A stretch of 64,000 nt of DNA from Heteronotia binoei (Eukaryota). The DNA is taken from the NCBI RefSeq assembly GCF_032191835.1, contig NC_083237.1, positions 48,918,001-48,982,000 on the forward strand, read 5' to 3'. The position numbers were made by a program, and so were the translations under genes. The notes under the pieces were generated by a model. That model saw only the letters and a program-made list of their open reading frames with translations. It had not been told where the DNA came from and did not search any database. Of the stretch, positions 1-13,700 are shown in pieces (the stretch's first letter is position 1; every line of letters begins with the position of its first letter).

Positions 1-2128
1 CGTCAACTTCCTCCAGGCTGAATGTGTCGAAGTGATCCAGAACTAAATCAGAAGGCAGGCACGGAGCCTCATGTTCATGTACTGTATCTAATGTGATAGG
101 CAAGTCCTGGCGGTGCGACGTGATTTTATCTGCAAAAAATTTTGCAAAAGCTTCACAGCCTATCTCTAATTCTCTCACGTTTGGTCTGCCTTGAGGCAGA
201 GTAGTAAGGTTTCCAATTATTCTAAATAATTGTGCCGGGCGCGAATTTGGAGACGCAATCCTAGCCGCAAAGTAATTTTTCTTTGCGGCCTTGACTGCCA
301 TCTCATAAGACTTCATAAACGTTCTATAGGATGTTCTCGTCGCTTCATCACAAGTATGCCGCCACTGCTGCTCTAGCCGTCTGAGCCCTTGTTTCAGCTG
401 TCATAGCTCCGAGGTGTACCATGGAGCCAGCCTCACATGAGGGCACAGAGGGTGTCAAGGTGCGATCTTGTTGATAGCCCTGGATAGCCGGCTTTGCCAG
501 GTCTCCACCAGGTCATCAAGGGAATCGCCAGGGGCAAGGGATCCCGCAGAGCCATTTGGAACCGTTCCGGGTCCATCAGGCTCCGCGGGCGAGCCAAAAT
601 AGGCTCACTGCCCGTACAGGGTTGAGGTGGCGTCTCCATATGGGTCTTAAGGGATAGGTGATCCGACCATGGCACCACTTCTGCCACGATATCGGTCACC
701 AAGATCCCGGACGCAAAGATCTGGTCTAACATGTGCCCAGCCTGGTGCGTAGGAGTCGTAGCAAATTGAGAAAGTCCTAGTGACGCCATGGAGGACACTA
801 GGTCCATCGCCTGACTGGAGGCCGTGTCATCAGCATGGACATTGAAATCACCCAGGACCATAAGCCCTGGGTATTCCAACGCCCAGCCCTCCACCGCCTC
901 CATCAGGGATGGTAAGGCGCTGGCTGGTGCGTTAGACGGACGGTACACCAGCCAAATCGCCAACCCTTCTCCAACATCCCACGCCAGACCGGCACATTCA
1001 GTGCATTCAATTGTTGGGGCCGGGAGAGCCCGAAAGGAGTAACCCTCCCGTATGAATAGCGCCACCCCTCCCCCCTCACCCCCTAGTCCGCGATTGGTGA
1101 AAGACCGAGTAACCCAGGGGGGTCATCTGGGTGAGAGCCACTGTCTCCCCATCTCGCACCTAGGTCTCGGTCACGCAAGCCAGGTCCATGTCCTGCCGAA
1201 GCAGGAACTCCCTAAGGATCGAGGTCTTGTTATTTACGGACCTGGCATTGCATAACACCAATGACGGAGACGGGCAATTCCTCTTGGCCCCACTACCTGT
1301 CACCGTTGGGATGGGAAGTAGACTGGAAGGAGGCCGAGTGCTGTTTTGTCTCCGCCTCCTTCCTTTATAGTTCTGTCTATTCATACCATCCCCTCCCCAG
1401 GAGCACTGGAATCTCCTGGCCAAGCATCCACACCTATGCCCGGTATGGTCTTACTATTATTAGGACGACTTCCCCTTCTCACCTGAGTTGTCTTAAACTC
1501 ACAGTTTAGGTTTCCACCCCACCATCCACTTTAATCCCTAATTATCCAACTCACTATTTATTTATTCAGTAATCAATATCAAACCCACCCTAATATTCCC
1601 CTCTGATTGATTAGTCAAAAGTTAATTAATTCCATTCTTAGCATTTTAATAAGAAAGCCCCCCCCCATTTCAATCCCCCCAATTAATCTGCTAAAAATAT
1701 AAATGTATAATATTGAATCCATAGTACCAATCAGTTGACTAAAATCTAATTAATTAATAATTTACAATCAAAATAGTGGTCAGTAAAAATCTATTGTTCT
1801 GTGGAACGGGAGTCCAGGATACCAGGTTAGGGAGGAGGATGGTAAAGTGCGATTTTTAAAGTGCTGTTTTTAAAGTGTTGGCGTCCCAATGTTCACAAAT
1901 GCTCTCAAAGTGCGGGTGCAGTTCATATTGATGTGGTTTCCTCGGGGCCTATTAGCATTCGCAGCTCAAGTGACCCGGGAGGAGTGAGACCCCCCCCCCC
2001 CCCCCCCCCCGTGTCCTCCCAACTGCTCAGCCAAGCCCCCACACCACCTCCAGTCGCTCCAAGGCTCAGCACACTGGGCTTCCTCGCGTCGAGCCCCGCA
2101 CAGGGCTTCTCGGTCGGGGAACTCCCAG
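1..2128 (-). mobile_element. L2-clade LINE, 5' half (leader plus decayed APE endonuclease), antisense in a ZNF652 intron
   Basis: ORFs 1160-1423 and 433-1065 give LCNARSV..K, ACVTET, VYRP, LGDFNVH, PTHQAGHMLD, WSDH, the APE motifs of L2/CR1-type ORF2; frameshifts and stops present; continues off the left edge. Confidence 0.85.
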
Positions 2129-2245
2129 CTGCATAAATTATTGTGCTCTGAGGCCATTTTTTTCTGAGCTGAGACAAAAATGTGTGAGCCAGAGGCTAAA
2201 AATCTGTGAGCTAGCTCACACTAACTCAACTTAAAGGGAACACTG
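2129..2245 (-). mobile_element. Half of a CAGTGTTCCC-TIR hAT-type MITE, truncated by the L2
   Basis: Matches the first ~115 nt of the intact copy at 54909-55104 in reverse orientation. Confidence 0.75.
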
Positions 2246-2537
2246 CATACGAGGTGTTACGTTAGAAACCTTCAGTGCTCTTTATATGTTCTATAAATAT
2301 TTTTATCTTTTTAAAGTGGTGTTTCTGTGTTGGCTGCTGCTGTTGACATATATTGCATAAATTAGGTTGCAGAACTCACCCCCATCTGTCACATAATTTT
2401 ACATTTTGAGAGCAGAATATACCCAGCTATGAATATAGCCAGATCATTAAGGATCATGTTGATATTAATTCATGGATTATAGAATTTCTGAAGAGTCTTC
2501 AGCCACATAAAAAACAGATCCATTTGATACTATATAT

Positions 2538-2793
2538 CAGGGGTGGCCAAACTTGCTTAACATAAGAGCCACATAGAATAAATGCCAGATGCTTGAGAGC
2601 CGCAAGACATTAATGTCAAATGTTTAAGAGCTGCAAGGAGGGAGGGAAGTTGGAGGGGAGGGAGAAGAGGTGGAAAGAAAGCAACTTTAAATGCATTCTC
2701 CAAGCCTCTGGCTTGGCTTGGAAAAGAAATTTAAAGAGACAAGCTGGCAAGTTGGCCACATGTGGCTTCCAAGCTGTAGTTTGGCCACCCCTG
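2538..2793. mobile_element. CAGGGGTGGCCAAAC-TIR hAT (Charlie-like) MITE; other copies at 6979-7093, 8331-8674, 21301-21943, 25815-26102, 38646-38993, ~46494-46763 and partial at ~47213-47420
   Basis: Shared TIRs; 8-bp TSDs ttctaaag/ttctagag, atctaaac/atctgaac, tcctagtc (perfect), ccctaagc/ctctaagc, close to the NTCTAGAN preference known for Charlie-group hATs. Confidence 0.85.
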
Positions 2794-3189
2794 CCGTATA
2801 TCCTCATAATCTATCTAATTGTATTACTTTTGATCACTGATTCAGTTGTCAAACAAGGTCAGCCACATTACCGTATGATAGGGATCCGCTACTTCTTACA
2901 TCTAAACACTCTTAACTTTGTGAAAATTCAGAGGAGCAAGCAACAAAGAACCAGTATAAGAAAGTTAATTTGAGTAACTGAAACTATACAAATTCATATT
3001 ATTAACAAAATGTATGTCTCATGGCCACAAAGGTGACTAAAGAATTGAAACATGATAAAATACATTATAAAACCATCAAAATACCCCCCCCTCCTAAACA
3101 TACCTCATTTAAACCATTTGTAAAAGTTTTTTTAAAAAAAACAGGTAAAATATATATATAACAGTTAAAATACATATAAAACATTGGTT

Positions 3190-3790
3190 AGGAAGGATCA
3201 TGGAGGGAATGCCAAGGAAACAAAAAGGTCTTCACCCACTGGCAGAAGATGACAGCAGAAGGGGACAGAGCAATCTCTTGAGAGGAAAGTTTCAAAGCTT
3301 CGGTGCTGTGACCAAGAAGGCCCTTTCCTCGGTTGCCACTGACCTAATCTCAGAAGGTGGTTGCACCCAAAGCAGGGCCTCTAAACATGACTATAGTGAT
3401 CAGGCTCAAGACAGTGCATCCTCCTGGATTGAAACGATTGGGAGGTCTGACAAATATGTTTGTCCCAAACCATATAGGGCTTTGAAGGTCAAGACCAGCA
3501 CCTTGAATTATGCCTGGAAACAAATTGGAAGCCAGTGTAGGCAGGCTAAGTGATGTGTTCTGTAGGACCCACTCCAGTCAACATCCTAGTTGCAGCATTC
3601 TGTACAGATTGGAAGTTCCGAACACTGTCTTTGAAGTCCCATGCAGAATGCATTGCAGTAATCTAATCTAGATGCAACCAGAGCAGGCATCCTAGTGGCC
3701 ACATTTTTCCTGTCCAGGGAAGGCCGCAGCTGGCTCATCAGCCAAGCCGGTAAAAGGCACTTTTGGCCACAGCTGCGATGATGTTAGTGA
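3190..3790 (-). mobile_element. L2 3' fragment
   Basis: Stretch gctttgaaggtcaagaccagcaccttgaatt...ggaagccagtg is a typical reverse-strand L2 ORF2 C-terminus; recognised by eye. Confidence 0.6.
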
Positions 3791-4869
3791 TGATTGACAT
3801 GTTAATTAATAATCCATAACATTTCTGTAGTCCAAACACTGGTTGTTACACTTTATCTCACCTTTCCTGTTCTGCAGCAGCCCAAATGCTCCCTGAAATC
3901 TTATTTTTTTATTTCTTTATTTAACAGATTTATATCCCCCAACAGGCTCAGGGGCGGCTAACAACAGTTTGAAAACATTAACAATTTACAAACATCATAT
4001 TAAAAATAAAATATATAAAAAACATCTTGTTTCTTGTGGGGATAAGAAGCCCCTTGAAACAAAATTTGGGGGGCTTTTCAGGCTGCCACAGGAGGTGAGA
4101 GGCAGGACAGTCACACTCTGTGGGTGGGATTCCTTGTGCCTATAGAAACATTATCTTGGATCCAACTCATGGTTCTCACTGGGACTACAGGCAGCTGTTC
4201 AACCTGTTATGTAAAGCATCTCTAAGAGGCCCTTTAGTCCCATAAGAATTTTTTCCCTGCTGTTCCTTTCACCCCATGGTTATTCTCACATCCCACCTCT
4301 TCCTCCAATATGCATCACTTCTAGATAATGCTTTCTTTCTTTAAAGAGCCACATTTAGCATTAGAGCCATAGATTGCAGACTCCTTGCGTATTTTAGTTC
4401 TGTTCCACTCTTAACCTTGGCTAGAAAAAGTGTATTGTTCCTTTTCTCCATACTCACCCCTTGTTCTACCAAATAAAATTCTATGGGCCAGCCATAGCTC
4501 TGACAGAGGTTGTCCTTGAAAGGGCAGCTGCTGTGAGAGTCTTCTCAGCCCTCTGTTGTGAGGGAGGAAGATAAAGGAGATTGTGAGCCACTCTGAGATT
4601 CGGAGTGGAGGGCAGGATATAAACCCAATATCATCATCTTCTTTATCCCCCATTATAGAACAGAGGGAGAAGTGGTTGTGTCACTGCATATCCACCAAAT
4701 TCTTGATAGCTGGTTCAGAACAGAGGACCTGCACCCCCGCCCCTGCTGAATAGGGACATGGGATCCTTATCTCGCTACTGATGCTACTTTTCTGCCTTCA
4801 AATGTTTCCCCTCTGCTCTGATCAAGCTGATTACAATTTGCATTATACATCTGCATCACATAAACATTC

Positions 4870-5030
4870 TTTACAACACTCCCTCACAATGCCACCTTGC
4901 TGGGATAAAAAAAAATTAGACCTCAATTCATACTCATGTCTGAAGAAGGGAGCTTTGACCCCTCCAAAGCTTATATCCTGGAAATGTTGGTCTCTAATGT
5001 GCTGCTGGACTCAAATGTAACTGCTGTTCT
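4870..5030 (+). mobile_element. Penelope-like element end carrying a degenerate minimal hammerhead motif
   Basis: atgt-CTGAAGA-agggagctttgacccctc-CAAA-gctt-atat followed by gttggtctctaatgtgctgctggactc, the layout of reptile PLE termini. Confidence 0.65.
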
Positions 5031-5294
5031 GCTCTTCAGAAAACAGCAGGTGGCGCCACATGCCAAGAACATTCACTTATCCTTTGTTGAACTTGTAATT
5101 TTTAAGCGGCCGCAAAAGCAGCAGAACTCTATACTGGAATGAGCGGCATTGTAGGAGCAGCCATAAAACTGTATACCTAGCCATTGTGAGGTATTCTCTG
5201 TGTAGGTTCTTCATTTGTACCACAGGAGGGGCATGGAATTCCCCAAATAAGCTCTGTCTGAATGACCCTTCTTTGTCCCCATCCGTTCATTCAG

Positions 5295-5442
5295 TGCGTT
5301 TCCTGTAATAAATCATTCAAGAAGCTATGGTCCCTTCATGAGCATATCAAGATTGTCCATGGATATGCAGAGAAAAAATTCTCCTGCGAGATATGCGAGA
5401 AGAAGTTCTACACCATGGCTCACGTGCGCAAGCACATGGTTG
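5295..5442 (+). CDS. ZNF652: ZNF652 internal coding exon (C2H2 fingers [22 protein letters not shown] / [19 protein letters not shown])
   Basis: Acceptor ttcattcag|TGC, donor G|gtgagt; 148 nt, phase 0 to 1; joins the next exon in frame (G+CA = Ala). Confidence 0.95.
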
Positions 5443-6646
5443 GTGAGTGTTTGCCACTCGTTTTTGGCCGGCTTTGTGCCTCTTGCTTCTCAGCCCCCCG
5501 ACTCTGAGAGGCTGTTTAAAGGGCTTTCCTGTGTTTTAAATATGATGCAAGACCTCTTGTCCATTACTGAACCCTTGATTGTCTCACCAGCCGTTGGCAA
5601 AGCTCCGGAGAAAGATTGTCCTCCACAAAATCTCCATGTGGGAAAAGAACAGAGGATTAGACTGTAGTGTCTGACTTCATTACTTTTTAAAAATCTAGGC
5701 TTCCATCCTCATTCACTTGCCTTATGAAACCTCCCATAAACAAGAGCTTGCTGGAGCTATCTGTGGCAAGTGAAAACTATCGATGCATCTGAAGGAGAGG
5801 CAGGTGGTGCTCTGTTGTGTGTCTAGCCCGGGGACGTTGCACTTTGATTCAGCTGCTTAAGTTGCCCTACCTCTGCAAGCTGTGTAATAAAGCCTGTTGC
5901 CAGGGCATGTATCTGATTGCAGCAGAGGGTAGGCCAAGCATCGCACCACAGACTGCAGCTAAAGCGGAATGTGGTGGGTATAATTTTAGTGGGGTGGGGG
6001 GAAGGAAGTCATCACCCTAGGCCATTTCTAAATCGGGTAGCGGGATTTGAATGGGGGAGGACTTGATCGTGACCCTGCTCTTTTGAAGCCCTTTCATTTT
6101 ATTAAGATACGGTTTTGGCATTGAGAGGGGTGGTACAGCTCAGTAAGGTTATAGGAAGTGTAAGCTTAAAGGTATGGTGCCATGCAGAGAGGACTGGTAG
6201 TAAAAGGATGTTTTCCTCCAGTGATAAGAGATTTAGGCAAGGGTGGTCTTTTGCTTTTATATTTAGGGTTTTAGCTAAAAATCATCATTTGCTCGCAGAA
6301 GGAAACCTTCTGTGTCAGGTTGATAGGCTTTGATAGATGTTTTATTTTCTCCTGAATTCTGTGGCAAGGCCCACTTGAGTTGTTTTGGCAAGTAAATGAT
6401 TGCCTTAGGGATCCCTCCGGTGCAGTGTTTTTTTACCATTCCCTGCTCTCAGCCTGTAAGACACAATAAGATCATTTAGTGTTATCAGTGCTTGTGGAAC
6501 ACTCTGCCTCTTAATATTTAATAGGCTAAAGTTGCTTTGACTACCTGTATCCCTTTGGAGTCTGAAACAAAACATAGAAGTCTTCTCTCTGTGATTATTT
6601 AAATTAAGCCATCTGTTCATGATCAGAAGTGAACTTTCTTCCCTAA

Positions 6647-6958
<312 letters not shown>

Positions 6959-8086
6959 TAGCATCCAGCCTTCTAAAGCAGGGGTGGCCAGTGGTTTGCC
7001 TACAACTCCCATCAGCCCCAGCATGGCCAGTGGCTGGGGCTGATGGGAGTTGTAGGCAAAAAACATCTGGAGAGCTACCTTTGGCCACCCCTGTTCTAGA
7101 GAGATGTATTTTACCATGTCCTGCAACTGATGAAGGGTGTGAAGTAACAGGCCCATGGCAAAATGTACCTCACTCTGATCAGATACTGCAACTGACCTGT
7201 GTCCATGTGGTTGCATTTTTGCCACAGTGAATTCATAAAAATCCACAAGGTAGCAGGTAGGTGTGTGTCACCAGAGTGGTGTTATTTATATATTCAGGGG
7301 CTTATAGCCTACAAGGTACCATCAGAGTGCTGATTTTCCCGGCATTCTTGTACTCCCACGCAGTCTCTTTCAGCCCTCCAAAAGATTGTTTGGCGGGGGG
7401 CGGGGGGGAGGTCTATAGGATGACGAGCCTCATGAGTTGTGGGGGTTCTGCAGTGAAGAGAAGGAAAGGGGTTTAAACCACCCCTCCTGCTTCTTCCACG
7501 AGCGCTGCTCCAGAGCGGAGGGGAAAAACATTTCACCATCTCCTCCCTGCAGCCGGCAGAGCTGTTGTTCCACATGGATTCTTCAGTTCCAGAAATAATC
7601 AGGGGAGGTGGGATGTATGAAAGGGACAACAGGGAGAAGGTGTGATATGGAGAGAACCTGTATGACTTCCATTGTTGTTGCATAGGATACAAGTTTTTTT
7701 ATGTGTATTCTAGTATTACTAATTGCTTTGGCTCCTAAGTTCTCGGTCTGAATTTTGAGAATGAAATAGATCCAAATCCTCCCCCATTTCCTGCTCTCCC
7801 ATCAAGTCACCCAGTTGTGTTCCATCCTACCTAATGTAATAGTTCATGCATTTGAGAGAGTTGCTGTCCCCCCTCCCTCCCCAATATCTTCAGATAGGAT
7901 TGTTCAGTAAAATCTTAACTTGCGGCTCGTCTTTCATTTTGAGATGGTCTGGCAGTTGCCCCTAGAATTAATCAGCATCGATGATTTCATGCTTGTGGGC
8001 TTTTGTTTCTTACTCCTGCCAGTAAATGCGCCTGCCCCGTTCTTGTGATTCAAGCGAGTGAAAAGATTCCATTTATCTTTTTCTAG

Positions 8087-8257
<171 letters not shown>

Positions 8258-8474
8258 TAAAAGTACACTAGACCTTTCAAGTATGAGTGTAAAATCCATT
8301 CTGTAGAGAGTTCGACTGTATTATCTAAACCAGGGGTGGCCAAACAGTGGCTCGGGAGCCACATGTGGCTCTTTCACACATTGTGTGACTCGCCAAGCCA
8401 GCCAGTGGTTTGGAGAATGCATTTAAAGTTCAAGTTGCTTTCTTTTTACCTCTCCCTCCCTCATCTATTTGCTT

Positions 8475-8619
8475 NNNNNNNNNNNNNNNNNNNNNNNNNN
8501 NNNNNNNNNNNNNNNNNNNNNNNNNNNNNNNNNNNNNNNNNNNNNNNNNNNNNNNNNNNNNNNNNNNNNNNNNNNNNNNNNNNNNNNNNNNNNNNNNNNN
8601 NNNNNNNNNNNNNNNNNNN
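8475..8619. other. Assembly gap (145 N) inside a MITE
   Basis: Run of N; other copies of this MITE carry a (GGAA/TTCC)n tract at about this position. Confidence 0.98.
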
Positions 8620-10194
8620 ACATCTGTCATTTATTCTATGTGGCTCTTGTGTTAAGCAAGTTTGGCCACCCCTGATCTGAACTTAAACACTTAAAAAAAA
8701 AAGCCAGGCTTCCCTCCTCTTCCAGCCTTATAAAACTTCCTGAAAACAAGAGCTGCTGGAGCTGTCTGTGGTATGTGAAAACTGTCAGCGCATCTGAAAG
8801 AGAGGCAGGAGGGGCTCTGATCTCTGTGTAGCCCAGGGACATTTTACCTTGCCTCAGCTGCTTCCATTGCCTTTCCTCTCCTAGCTGTATTATGAAGCCT
8901 GGTGCCAGGGCATGCATCTGATTGCAGCAGAGGGTGGGCAGCCCTTCTCGTGCCTCCAGGCTGTGCATCCAGAGAGAATTTTACAGAGATGCACCACAGA
9001 TTGCAGGGCTTCGATACTTAAGTGCTTCCCCCATCTGATCAGTGGTACTCTTTACCGCTTTAAAGAATAATAACGGGAGAAGGCAGAATCCTGCTCCAAG
9101 GTGCCACCATCTAAGTTTTGCCCTGGGAAGGAAGAGAAGGGGAGTCAGGATAAGTGAGATTAATGTGGGTAAATGTAATTACACATCAGCTTTGTTTCAT
9201 TCGGGAGAGGTTTATGGGTTTTCATTTGTGAGGCCTTATTGGGAGGAAAGCCAGTTTTGAAGAGAGATTTTGGCATAAGGAACAGGGTCCCTTATGTATC
9301 TGGGATATGAGAGCAAAGGCTAAAGGGACAGGTTGCGGTAAAAGTAGGCAGGGCTTCAGAATTTTATGCTGAATGCAGAAGGGAAAAAAAGGATTTGTGG
9401 GGGGGGGCAGGGAAGAGAGGTGTTTCATAGTTTGGCAACAGAGGCGAATGATCTGGGTGACAGAGTTCTAGGGAAAGGTAGGATGCTACAGTTGAGGTGA
9501 GGGAAAGCCAGAACAAAGAATCTGGCAGTAGTTGGCAAGAGATTCCCAGAGGATTCACCCAAACTGTTCCCAGCTGCGCTGGAAAAGACTTCTGTCTGGA
9601 ACCATGGAGTGGTGCTGCTAGCCAGAATATACCGTGCTGGGCTAGGAGTGAAAACTCTTAAAAGCAAAATTGAATGGTACCCAACAAGCCAAACTGGTCA
9701 AGAGAGAAGCAGCTGGGAATTAGATAGGAAGGGGGCCATGTGAGGGGTGAAATGAGCACAGTGGAGTGGTTGTCTTGCCAAACAATTCTGGAGTGGGGAG
9801 AAGGAGAAAGAGTTTACGGATCTGTGGTTTCAGGAAAGGGGTTGGCAGAAGAGATCCCTGTGGATTTATCACACAAGAGTGTGGTGACAAGGAGAAGTCT
9901 TAGACTACCAGGGTTGGAGAAGAAGGACCAAGGATTGTTAAGATGTGATATGACAGCATGTCTCAGCCAAGAAGGTTACAGAGGAGTACTTCTTTACAGC
10001 AATGAAAACCTTGATTCCTTTCTCTGCTAGCTACGAAATTCTTCTGAAACATTGTTGACCACCAAGCTGGTCTTTGCCTTTAGCAGCATTACGGTTAATC
10101 CAAGCTGAAAAGTTGGAATTCGGCTGAGGCAGTCTTAGCACATCAAGGTGGGTCTCCAGTTGTCAGACAAGTGCCGTGTTTTAATTTTTAACAG

Positions 10195-10709
10195 GAGAGA
10201 AGCCCTTTATCTGTGAAATCTGCGGCAAAAGCTTCACCAGTCGGCCCAACATGAAGAGACACCGCCGAACGCACACAGGGGAGAAGCCATACCCGTGCGA
10301 TGTGTGCGGCCAGCGATTCCGCTTTTCCAACATGCTTAAGGCACACAAGGAGAAGTGCTTCCGGGTCACCAGTCCAGTCAATGTGCTGCCTGCCGCCCAG
10401 ATCCCCCTTGCCACAACCTCTCCTGCTACCACTGTACCTTCTGTTGCGAACACGCCCACTGCCCCGACCCCTGCTCCGCCGATTAATATGAACCCGGTGA
10501 GCACACTTCCTCCCCGACCCCTTGCCCACCCGTATTCTCACCTGCACCTTCATCCACACCATCCGCATCACATCCCGGTCCCGCCTGTCCCTCACTTACC
10601 CCCACCTCCAGCTCTGTTTAAGAGTGAGCCTTTAAATCACAGGGGCCAAGGTGAAGACAGTTTTCTGAGGCACCTAGCAGAAAAAAACAGCTCAGTACAG
10701 CACCACTAA
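10195..10709 (+). CDS. ZNF652: ZNF652 terminal coding exon (last fingers, Pro/His-rich tail ending ...[15 protein letters not shown])
   Basis: Acceptor ttttaacag|GA; [55 protein letters not shown]; the C-terminus [18 protein letters not shown] is characteristic of ZNF652. Confidence 0.96.
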
Positions 10710-13700
10710 CTACTTGTCTTCGGCCTGCCATTCTCTTGGGTCTTTCACACCTGGAACTGCACCCCCCCCCCTCCGACCTCATGAAATCGTGTGGGGTCGC
10801 CTATAGCTCCAGCCGAAGGATCTTTGCATTGATCTCGACTGTTTAGCGGAGTGGTCATCGGATGCAGGAGGGACCCAGCGGAACCGAAGCCCAGCTCGGC
10901 TTGCACGTTTTACTGCTGACTTTTATAGGTTCACAAGGACTGAGACTTTGTGGATTTTTTTTTTTTTACCGTTTCATATCAGCTGATGAGGTATGCTTGC
11001 TTTTATATCCCGGACTTTTCTCCTCAAAGAGGGGGCAGGCCTGGTTTCCTTTGTACTAATCGGAAAGACTGTGAGACTAAATCCCAGAGCATTAATTATC
11101 ACTGTGTATTTGTTAATTTCTTTCCAGCTTTTTTTTCCCCCCCTGGTGTGCGTGTGCGCGTGTGTGTGCGCGCTGGTTGAGTGAGCCAGACACATGATCG
11201 CAAGATATTAAGCATTATAGCAAAAAAGGAAGAAAAAAAAAGACAGTAAGCAAAACATAATCTCATTTGAGTAGTTCTCCTAACACACTCTTTATTTTAA
11301 TACGGAAAAATTATTTTAGAGGGTTTTTTTTGTATAGACCTATTTAGTAGCCTGTTTCTAAAATGAAATGTATTTCGAATAAGCGGTGTAATTTTTTTCA
11401 GTGTAGCTGGACCTATGTTGTTATAATAGATAATTTTTATAATCATTCAAATGTGATTTCTTTAAAAAAGAGAGAGAGATGCAGATAGCTTCTATAGTAA
11501 AAAAAAAATTATTCTTACATCTGTACTACTCTTTAAAAAGGTGCTGGGGTGGGAGGGAAAGAAACCCAAGAAGTTTGTGGGAAGGCTGACTCAGAAGTGG
11601 AGACGATTTTCAGAACTTTATAATAACTTATTTGTAGGGGTTTTTTCCCTTAGCCTTGTATTATCTTTCACTTGCAGTTATAAGACCAGTACATTAAATT
11701 ACTGTGTTTTCACAAACGTTTTTCACTCAGCTCCGCTAGACATAAAGTGTGAAATGTTTCAGAAAGGGTAGACTTTCTCGTGGGGCAAAATTGGGGCATG
11801 AAGCTGTGCAGGACAGGGGGAGACTCAGCTAGATGTGGGAAGTAGGATGTCATTTCTTGGGCATACATTAGAACCTGGTTCATTATGTAAATGTGTGTTT
11901 AAGGTATGATTTCTGATCTGGGGATCATTTAATGCTGCTGCTTTTGTGTTTGTTTTTCTTCTCTCTCGTTTCTCCCTGCCCCCCCACTTTCAGAGATCCT
12001 TGAGTTCTCTAGGAGAAAAGTGGGGAATCACAAATAAGGTGCTGTGTGGCTGAATTTGTGTAGAATAAACCTGGATTGGTGTATCCGGTGGGAATGTGAA
12101 TCACAGTTCTTATTTGATTAACTGAAACTATAATACGGCACCATGTAAGCAGCTGAAATGACTTCTTGGCACCTTGGAGGAGAAGGCACACAATCTCCTA
12201 CCAATCTTAGAACCTAAATTTCCATATGGCTGTTCCCCCAAAGCTCAGTTTCGTCCCCCCCAAGAGCAACTTTTGCTAATCCTCAGCATGGCATTTCCTT
12301 TTTTAAAAAATTAGTCCTTGGAGCTAATTAGGTGGGGGATATTGCATCAGATTAGCCCCCACTGTTGCACTCTGATAATTGTGCTTTTACCATCTAACAT
12401 CAGTTTTGCATTTTTAAAAAGATATATATAGAGAGAGGATTAGGTCTTTTTGATACTTGTTCTCATATTTGAATGACAGTTTCTTAACTCCCCCTCCTTT
12501 TTCTGACAAACGAGTCTTTTAAAGTTGTTGTGATAACATTTTACCTGTTCCTTCTCTTTTGTAGGTAGTAAAGCTAGCTATAAAAGTGAAACATTAATAT
12601 AACGGTTCAACATCTTCGACTGCCCAGGATGGTTCTGTACATTCCATGTCATGTTTGCAAACCCATAATTCTGTATAGTTTATCTATGCTGCAGGCCGAC
12701 AGTCTGGCCTGGTGAATCTACTTTTATAAATTTAAAGGAAGGGAAAAAAAGCCCAGCTTACCTTGGTAAATCAGTTGTAAGCCAATTTTGCAACAATGGT
12801 TTTCTCAATAAATTTACAGTATTTGGCTGCTATTTATGAATCCTAGTATTTGAAATTGGTGTATGTTTTATATTACTGTTTTTTTGGAAGATTTTATGCT
12901 GCCTCTCTAAGTCTTGGGGAGTGGTGTTGGGTGCTTCATAGTGGTATTTCTCAATATAAAAATGGATAAAAGTTGGGCTGCTCTCAACAAATGTGCAGGT
13001 TGCAGTTCAAGGTGATGTTTCTGTCATCTTTTCATCCAGACTAATGTCGTTTCTGGCAGAGAACTTCCTTTTTGCATATCTGGCTCTTAGCAAAGGTGCC
13101 ACGCTTGACTGCAGAGGCACAGTAGTTCATTAGATCTGGATTGCTGTTCGGTGTAATGTCTTCTGATACAGCGACTCCAGTTGGAGCTTTGTAAGCATAG
13201 AGTTTAGCCCATTCTCCAGCACTGGAGAATGCTGTTCTTGATTGTCTTGACTGGTGAATTCTGGAACCTGTTTATTTTGTACCTTGATTCAAGTGGCTGT
13301 GTAAGGCATGTTTCCCTGCTGAAAATATTCGTGGGATAGATCAGTAGAAAATTAAATAAGTAAGCCCGTCGTGGCCTGAGCAGCATATTCTGCTCCATTC
13401 CGTTCCCCCGTTTAAACGAAAACGTGGGCCACAGTTCTCAAGAGAACTAGAATAGAGCAGGTACCAGAAAGCAGCAGAGATAACTAAGTGAACAGTGATG
13501 CAGATGCAAATTAGGATATTGTTGAAGGTGCCCCCCAAGCCTTTGGTATTGAATTGAAGTCTATATTCTGTTTCACTCAGTTACAAACACTGAATTATTA
13601 TGAAGGGTTCAGTCTGTTCTTACAGTTCAGTTTTCAGGGTGGCTGCGGGAAGCGCCTGACAGTGGCTGAAGAATGGCTTGGAGAGGTAAGTCGACCACAG

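Noticed and set aside
8336-8680. ORFs containing X runs
   Set aside because: Artefacts of the N gap inside a MITE.
10181-10595. Antisense ORFs over the ZNF652 last exon (107 and 135 aa)
   Set aside because: Shadow frames of a GC-rich coding exon.
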